Assembly (NCBI GenBank): GCA_963676565.1 | Contig: OY781089.1 | Coordinates: 2,272,001 to 2,336,000, forward strand | Source of the DNA: Halarcobacter sp. | Lineage (GTDB): Bacteria > Campylobacterota > Campylobacteria > Campylobacterales > Arcobacteraceae | Length of the DNA: 64,000 bases | Direction of reading: 5' to 3' | In this document: one piece after another, positions 58,234 to 64,000 of the stretch | Numbering within the stretch: the first letter of the stretch is position 1 | Layout of the letters: each line of letters begins with the position of its first letter | The notes under the pieces: model-generated | What the model was told of the DNA's origin: nothing | The model's input: only the letters and a program-made list of their open reading frames with translations | Database searches by the model: none | Position numbers and translations under genes: made by a program

Positions 58234-59781
58234 TTGAGCAGGTATTTAAAACATAAATATTACAACTTTACAATTCTTTTAATTTTTTCTTTTTTTGCTC
58301 TTCTTTTACCAATTGCAAATATTCCTTTATTTGATTTAGATGAAGGAGCTTTTAGTGAAGCTACAAGGGAGATGTTATTAAATAAAAACTTTCTTACCAC
58401 ATATTTAAATGGTGAATTAAGATTTGACAAACCAATACTTATATATTGGTTTCAAGCATTAAGTGTTTCTATTTTTGGATTAAATGAATTTGCATTAAGA
58501 ATTCCAAGTGTATTATCCTCACTTATATGGTTAAGTGCAATATATATTTTTACTAATAAATATTTTAGTGAAAAAATTGCGTTATTTGCAAGTATAATTT
58601 TTTTATCTACACTACAAACAAATATTATTACAAAAGCTGCAACAGCGGATGCTTTGTTAAATATGTTTATAGTTTTAAATATGTTTAGTTTTTATAACTA
58701 TTTTAAAACAAAAAAAATCAACTTTTTATACTTTACCTTTGCCTTTATTGCTTTAGGAGTTTTAACAAAAGGTCCTGTGGCAATTTTGATTCCACTAGCT
58801 TGTACCTTTTTCTTCTTTTTACTTAAAAGAGAACTTTTATTTTGGATAAAATCTGTATTCAATATAAAAGGGATATTGATTTTTTTAATTATTGCTTTAC
58901 CTTGGTATATCTTAGAATATCTTGAACAAGGGCAACTTTTTATTGATGGTTTTTTTCTAAAACATAATCTTTCTAGATTTAACTCCACTTTTGAAGGGCA
59001 TTCAGGCTCATACTTTTATTTTGTACCTGTATTAATTTTTGGATTATTACCATTTTCAAGTTTAGTTATAAAAACACTTACAAAAATAAAAACTTTTTTC
59101 ACTAATGATTTAAATCTTTTTCTTTTTATTTGGTTTATTTTTGTTTTTATATTCTTTTCATTTTCAAACACTAAACTTCCACACTATATAGTTTATGGTT
59201 ATACACCACTTTTTATTTTAATGGCAATGACATTTAATAAATACTTAGAACAACAAGACAAACAAGTTTTTCTAGTACTATTTTTACCACTTTTATTTTT
59301 CTTAATGCTTTTTCTGTTTTTACCTAACTTGTTACAAATAATTCCTATAAAAGATAAATTTGTTAATTCAATACAAAATGAGATTATTGAAGTTTTAGAT
59401 ATATACTTTCAAACAAAACTATTCATTCTAATTATTGTGACTTTTTTTATTTATAAAATAAAACATTTTAAACTTGAAGATAAATTCTTACTAATAAGTT
59501 TTATTTTTATAATTTCAATAAATTATATAGTTATACCAACTGTAGCAAAAATCCAGCAAGAGCCAATAAAAAATTTAGCTTTATATGCAAAAGAAAAAAA
59601 ATTAAAAATTAATATGTATAAAATGAATAATCCAAGTTTTAATGTATACTCCAAAAGTTTAGTAAGAAGAGGTGCCCCTAAAAAAGGTGAATATATTTTA
59701 ACCAAAAAGATTTATTTAAAAGATTTTAATATTTATACAGTAGTAAAAGAAGAAATGGGGATTGTACTGATTAAATATTAG
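58234..59781 (+). CDS. ArnT/PMT-family (GT-C) glycosyltransferase
   Basis: DLDEG.F.EA.REM, RFDKP..IYW, LTKGPV, TKLPHY. Confidence 0.88.
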   Translation: MSRYLKHKYYNFTILLIFSFFALLLPIANIPLFDLDEGAFSEATREMLLNKNFLTTYLNGELRFDKPILIYWFQALSVSIFGLNEFALRIPSVLSSLIWLSAIYIFTNKYFSEKIALFASIIFLSTLQTNIITKAATADALLNMFIVLNMFSFYNYFKTKKINFLYFTFAFIALGVLTKGPVAILIPLACTFFFFLLKRELLFWIKSVFNIKGILIFLIIALPWYILEYLEQGQLFIDGFFLKHNLSRFNSTFEGHSGSYFYFVPVLIFGLLPFSSLVIKTLTKIKTFFTNDLNLFLFIWFIFVFIFFSFSNTKLPHYIVYGYTPLFILMAMTFNKYLEQQDKQVFLVLFLPLLFFLMLFLFLPNLLQIIPIKDKFVNSIQNEIIEVLDIYFQTKLFILIIVTFFIYKIKHFKLEDKFLLISFIFIISINYIVIPTVAKIQQEPIKNLALYAKEKKLKINMYKMNNPSFNVYSKSLVRRGAPKKGEYILTKKIYLKDFNIYTVVKEEMGIVLIKY

Positions 59782-59879
59782 TACATTTTTTGTACATAAC
59801 TGTATATATTATATTACTATAAATATTTCTTGGGTAAAATTCATTGAACGAATGTTCAGACAATATTTGGAGATGCAAA

Positions 59880-60080
59880 ATGCCATATGTAAAATTACTA
59901 AAAGAACTTAATATATCATGTTTTTCATTTGATGAAAAACAAAGAATTATCAAAAAAGTATCAACTGAAAAAACATCTTATACTTCTACAGCAGAAAATA
60001 TAAAATTAATTAGAGGATTAAAAGAAAATAATCTTAAATTTAAAGAAACAAAAGAAGGTCATTTAAAAATAGAAGATTAA
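59880..60080 (+). CDS. small hypothetical protein
   Basis: GGAG RBS before the ATG of MPYVKLL...; the ORF track starts at 59844. Confidence 0.55.
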   Translation: MPYVKLLKELNISCFSFDEKQRIIKKVSTEKTSYTSTAENIKLIRGLKENNLKFKETKEGHLKIED

Positions 60081-60086
60081 ACTCTT

Positions 60087-60353
60087 CTATTTTTCAAACT
60101 CTTTCCTCTTAGCAAATCCAACTCCAGGTTTAGTTTTTATAGCTAAGTCAAGTTGGTCTATAAATAACCTATAATCAATGCCTATTATATTCATTTTTGC
60201 AAAGCAAGTAGCAACAACTGCTATTGCATTTGGAATTTGATCTTTTTTCTTATAAGATTGAACATTTTTTTCACTAACTTTAATTAACTTACAAAATTTG
60301 GGTATAGAAATCTCTGCATCAAGTAAACACTTTTTAAATTCTATAAATGTCAT
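60087..60353 (-). CDS. small HTH/XRE-like protein
   Basis: F..FKK.L....ISIPKF.KLIKVSEKNVQSYKK HTH-like pattern. Confidence 0.6.
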   Translation of the reverse strand: MTFIEFKKCLLDAEISIPKFCKLIKVSEKNVQSYKKKDQIPNAIAVVATCFAKMNIIGIDYRLFIDQLDLAIKTKPGVGFAKRKEFEK

Positions 60354-60477
60354 AAATATCCTTCATATTTAAAAAATAATTATAATTTTAACATTATTTT
60401 ATTTATAATTAAGTTAAAACATATATAATAGTCATAATATATTACTTAATGTAATAAAAAACAAAAAAGGAAGCTAA

Positions 60478-60666
60478 ATGGCAAAAGAATTAAAGAAAAA
60501 AGTGATTGCAAAAGTTGCAAAAAAAGCAGTTAAGAAAGCTGATATCAAAAAGAAAAAGGCACCTGTGGCAATTAAGGCAGTTAAAAAAGCAGTAGCTAAA
60601 AAAGCACCAACTAAAGTAAAGGATGCTAAGAAATTAGCTAAAAAAGCAGTTAAAAAAGCTGCATAA
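60478..60666 (+). CDS. histone H1-like Lys/Ala-rich basic protein
   Basis: AAGGA RBS, repeated AKKAVKKA, own terminator. Confidence 0.75.
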   Translation: MAKELKKKVIAKVAKKAVKKADIKKKKAPVAIKAVKKAVAKKAPTKVKDAKKLAKKAVKKAA

Positions 60667-60670
60667 TCAT

Positions 60671-60698
60671 AATATAGGAAGTTAAAACTTCCTATATT
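60671..60698 (+). terminator. intrinsic terminator
   Basis: AATATAGGAAGT-taaa-ACTTCCTATATT. Confidence 0.75.
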
Positions 60699-60761
60699 AA
60701 TCTCTACTTCCAAAACCACCAAACTAATCTTGATTTTAATTTAAATACAATACACTTTCGT

Positions 60762-61688
60762 ATGAAAAAACATGACTATGATAAAATACTTTTTAGGCTA
60801 AATAGTATTTGGCAAAGACTAAGAGAGGGTGAAGTTCTTTCAGTAAAAGATTTAGCCCAAGAGTTTAATGTATCCACAAAAACAATTCAAAGAGATTTTA
60901 ACGAGCGACTTATTCAAAAACTTCCAATAGAGAAAATTGGACATAAATGGAAAGTAAAAGATGGTCATAGCATAGACAAGAACCTTTCTTTTGAAGAAGA
61001 CTTGATTTTAGATGTATTAAAAGAGTTTGCAAGTTCTATAGGAAGCGGATTTGGAAGTAAGGCGAATTCACTATTTTCAAAGTTGCAAAATACCCATGAA
61101 AACCCAATATATAGTAAAATAGAGATAGAAGATATTTCTGAAAAAACTCAACTTATAAAGCAACTCCAAGAAGCAATAATCTCCTTAAAGCAAATAAATT
61201 TCCAATTTAAAAATAAATATAGAACTTTAGAACCATATAAAATCACAACCTTTGATGGGTATTGGTATCTTTTTGGAAAAGATTTAAAAGACAATAAACT
61301 TAAAACATTTTATATCAAAGATATAAATAATTTAGTTGTAGAAGATATTAGTTTCAAAAAAAATCTTAAGGCACTTAAAAAGCTTGATTTAGCAATTAAT
61401 ATTTGGTTTGAACCAAATAATGATATTTTTGAAGTAAGATTACTTGCAAAAGAAGATATAGCAAAATACTTTAAAAGAAGACCCCTTTCAAAGTCTCAAT
61501 TAATTATAAAAGAACATAAAGATAAATCAATTGAGATTTTATTAACTGCTACATCAAAAAAAGAGTTGATTTATGAATTAAAAAAATGGCAACCAAATTT
61601 GTTAGTTATTGAACCAACAAATTTAGCTAAAGAGATGTTAGAGATTTCAAAAAGCTATTACGATGAGCAATTAGCTTTAATAGGTTAA
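60762..61688 (+). CDS. HTH-WYL transcriptional regulator
   Basis: LAQEFNVSTKTIQRD, LEPYKI, GYWYLFG, KTFY. Confidence 0.9.
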   Translation: MKKHDYDKILFRLNSIWQRLREGEVLSVKDLAQEFNVSTKTIQRDFNERLIQKLPIEKIGHKWKVKDGHSIDKNLSFEEDLILDVLKEFASSIGSGFGSKANSLFSKLQNTHENPIYSKIEIEDISEKTQLIKQLQEAIISLKQINFQFKNKYRTLEPYKITTFDGYWYLFGKDLKDNKLKTFYIKDINNLVVEDISFKKNLKALKKLDLAINIWFEPNNDIFEVRLLAKEDIAKYFKRRPLSKSQLIIKEHKDKSIEILLTATSKKELIYELKKWQPNLLVIEPTNLAKEMLEISKSYYDEQLALIG

Positions 61689-61689
61689 A

Positions 61690-62976
61690 TCACCCTCTTC
61701 TAAAACTTCTATTTGAATCTCTTTTTGTAGTTTTTTTAGACTTGGTATTAGTTCTAGTTGGCTCTTTACTTGAAGGTGACCTTTTACCTTTTTTCTCACT
61801 AAGTTTTTTCTTAGTTTGAACTTTCTGTCTAGGTTGTCTATCTTTTAATGGGAAGTTTTCGTGAACTTCTCTTTTTACATTTAATTTTAAATCCCTTTCA
61901 ATTTTTGTAAAGGCATTATAATCTTCAACAGTAAGTATAGTAATAACTTCTCCAGTATTTCCTGCACGACCAGTTCTTCCAACTCTGTGAGTAAAATCAT
62001 CTGTTGTTTCAGGTAGTGTATAGTTTATTACTAAAGGAAGTTTTTCAATATCAAGTCCACGTCCAGCAATATCAGTAGCAACTAAAACTTTTACCTTCTT
62101 ATTTCTAAAATCTTTAATTGCTTGAACTCTATCTTTATATTCAATTCCACCATGCACCGTTGCAACTTTTACACCTTGTTCTTTGAAATATTGTAAAGCA
62201 GCATCAACACCATCTTTTTTATTTACAAAAAGAAGAATTTGATCATATTTAGATTCTTTTATAAGTGTGGTTACTAACTCTTTTTTCTTTTTCTTATCAA
62301 TTTTATAAGCTTTGTGAGAGATTAAACTTACAGTATCTCTTCTATCATGAACTTGAACTGTTACAGGGTCTTTTAAAAACTCTTTTGCAAGTTTTCTAAT
62401 ATTTTGAGAGATAGTTGCAGAGCACATAATAATTTGTTTATAAGGAGAGCATGAAGAGAAGATAGTTTCAATCTCTTCTAAAAAGCCTAATTCAAGCATA
62501 GTATCAGCTTCATCTAAAACTATAAAGTTTACAGAACTTAAATCTATAATCCCCTCTCTTGACAAATCAAGTAGTCTCCCAGGTGTTGCTACAACAATAT
62601 CAATTCCACCATCTAAAATTTCTGCTTGTTTAACTCTACTTGTTCCACCCATGATTTTCGTGTGTTTTACTTTTAAAAACTGTCCATAATCATTTAAAGC
62701 CTTTGAAACTTGTTCAACTAACTCTCTAGTTGGAACTACTATCAAACCTCTTAATACCCTATTTTGCAAGCTTAAATTATTGTTTATTTTTTCAAGCATA
62801 GGAAGTACATAAGCAGCTGTTTTTCCTGTTCCTGATTTAGAAGCTGCTATTACATCAATCTTTTTATTTACGATTGGTATTATTTTTTTTTGAACTTTTG
62901 TAGGATTTTTGTATCCTTTTGTCTCTATTGCTTTTAAAATAGAATCATTTAGTTTTAACTCTTTAAACCCTTGTAT
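61690..62976 (-). CDS. DEAD-box RNA helicase (non-canonical start, probably ATA)
   Basis: The frame extends 5' of the ORF-track start to include the Q motif and SKSGTGKT; PTREL, TPGRL, DEAD, SAT, HRVGRTGRAG. Confidence 0.9.
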   Translation of the reverse strand: MQGFKELKLNDSILKAIETKGYKNPTKVQKKIIPIVNKKIDVIAASKSGTGKTAAYVLPMLEKINNNLSLQNRVLRGLIVVPTRELVEQVSKALNDYGQFLKVKHTKIMGGTSRVKQAEILDGGIDIVVATPGRLLDLSREGIIDLSSVNFIVLDEADTMLELGFLEEIETIFSSCSPYKQIIMCSATISQNIRKLAKEFLKDPVTVQVHDRRDTVSLISHKAYKIDKKKKKELVTTLIKESKYDQILLFVNKKDGVDAALQYFKEQGVKVATVHGGIEYKDRVQAIKDFRNKKVKVLVATDIAGRGLDIEKLPLVINYTLPETTDDFTHRVGRTGRAGNTGEVITILTVEDYNAFTKIERDLKLNVKREVHENFPLKDRQPRQKVQTKKKLSEKKGKRSPSSKEPTRTNTKSKKTTKRDSNRSFRRG

Positions 62977-62996
62977 AACAAATCCTTTTTATTTTG

Positions 62997-63338
62997 TTAG
63001 TAAACACTTGACATAATTTCATCGTCAAGATATTCATCTATTTTTTTGATTAAATCATCATAAGAGATATCACCATCTTTATTAAAAACAACAATCTCTT
63101 CTCCAAAATCATCTTTAATAAAATGCTCACCTTTTTTAACTTTTTTGTATAAAGATTTTATCTCACTTGGTGACTCAGCATCATTGTATAAAAACCAGTT
63201 GGCAGTTGTTTTTTCAAGTCTAATCAAACCATACGTTTGTTCATCGTCTATATAGTCTTGAATTGTTCCATTCTCAAATTTTGCACCAACAACCATATCA
63301 AATTCGTTTAAAATCATCTCCATAAATAAAGCCTTCAA
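62997..63338 (-). CDS. acidic hypothetical protein
   Basis: 113-aa ORF; the start may be an internal Met. Confidence 0.6.
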   Translation of the reverse strand: MKALFMEMILNEFDMVVGAKFENGTIQDYIDDEQTYGLIRLEKTTANWFLYNDAESPSEIKSLYKKVKKGEHFIKDDFGEEIVVFNKDGDISYDDLIKKIDEYLDDEIMSSVY

Positions 63339-63499
63339 ATATTTTATAATTTCGCAATCATACCTAGATTTTCATTAAAATAATTGTAGGTCAAGGAGTA
63401 AGCTTAATCTTAACTGAAATAATTAGATTCATATTATAAATATTACTTTATTCCTATTCGTTAGAATAATAATTATAACTTAAATAAAAGGAGTCAGTT

Positions 63500-63835
63500 A
63501 TGAAACTTTATGGAGTAAGAATAGACTTTAATAACATCAAGTCATGCGGGATACTTCCAGATATGTGTTTAGATTTTGATCATAGATCTGATGAATTATC
63601 TGAAAATGAAAAACTGCTTGCATATTGGAATAATCACATAAATGATTTACTTGAAGAGACAAAAAATTTAGTTGTTATTAATGATGAAACTACATCAATG
63701 GTATATTCAGCTGATAACAATGCAATTGAGTTAATTAAAAAACATTTTAAAGAGATGCAATTAGAGACAATAGAGTATGAAAATATTAATAAATGTGACT
63801 ATTGTGTGCAACATGATTATTTGCAAAACTCATAA
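63500..63835 (+). CDS. hypothetical protein with a C-terminal CxxC
   Basis: AAGGAG RBS; SCG..PDMC and CDYC. Confidence 0.65.
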   Translation: MKLYGVRIDFNNIKSCGILPDMCLDFDHRSDELSENEKLLAYWNNHINDLLEETKNLVVINDETTSMVYSADNNAIELIKKHFKEMQLETIEYENINKCDYCVQHDYLQNS

Positions 63836-63841
63836 AGGTTT

Positions 63842-64000
63842 TTATAAATATAAATAAATATTAAATAATACCATTAAAATATTCAACACAATAAAGGCTC
63901 TATTATAAAAAATAGAGCCAATTGATAAAAAGATATAAGATATGAAAAACCATAGTGGTGTTTCAACATCAAATACCAAAATCTTGTACTCTAAAAAATC
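63842..64000 (-). CDS. 3' end of a membrane protein entering from outside the window
   Basis: Open hydrophobic frame ...PLWFFISYIFLSIGSIFYNRAFIVLNILMVLFNIYLYL*. Confidence 0.45.
   Translation of the reverse strand, partial: DFLEYKILVFDVETPLWFFISYIFLSIGSIFYNRAFIVLNILMVLFNIYLYL

Noticed and set aside
60762..62976. WYL regulator plus helicase as a defence operon
   Set aside because: The genes are convergent and the helicase is a standard DEAD-box RNA helicase

Overview
Very AT-rich bacterial chromosome segment. Gene content and protein sequences point to Campylobacterota, probably Arcobacteraceae (inference). (1) 0.7-16.6 kb: late-step and salvage cobamide cluster (cobC/S/Q/U, TIGR00303-type cobT, bluB, cobD, cbiB, cbiA/cobB, BtuBFCD-like uptake, second TonB receptor). 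It includes an APH-family kinase and an AcpH-like phosphodiesterase, and I see no cobalamin riboswitch. (2) 16.7-33.7 kb: best candidate for an undescribed system. A closely spaced or overlapping operon encodes a TonB receptor, a DsbD_2-like membrane protein, a polyferredoxin-NosL fusion, a NapH-like protein, a double-cubane-cluster-like reductase and its ATP-dependent activator, followed by exbBD-tonB and a secreted EF-hand protein. An OmpR-type two-component pair and a candidate anti-SD small RNA lie nearby. Five promoters in this block share a TTAAC-N6-TTAAC-N10-(-10) architecture (two with variant half-sites), and the regulator's own copy is tandemly duplicated. (3) 33.8-64 kb: mostly housekeeping genes, interrupted by a ~1.8-kb insert bounded by 178-bp direct repeats that carries a RAYT/Y1-transposase stub and a broken lipase-like gene. 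This part also holds a small membrane ORF with an adjacent structured RNA candidate, an H1-like basic protein, a WYL regulator and a DEAD-box helicase that needs a non-canonical (probably ATA) start. All calls come from reading motifs by eye; no searches were run.
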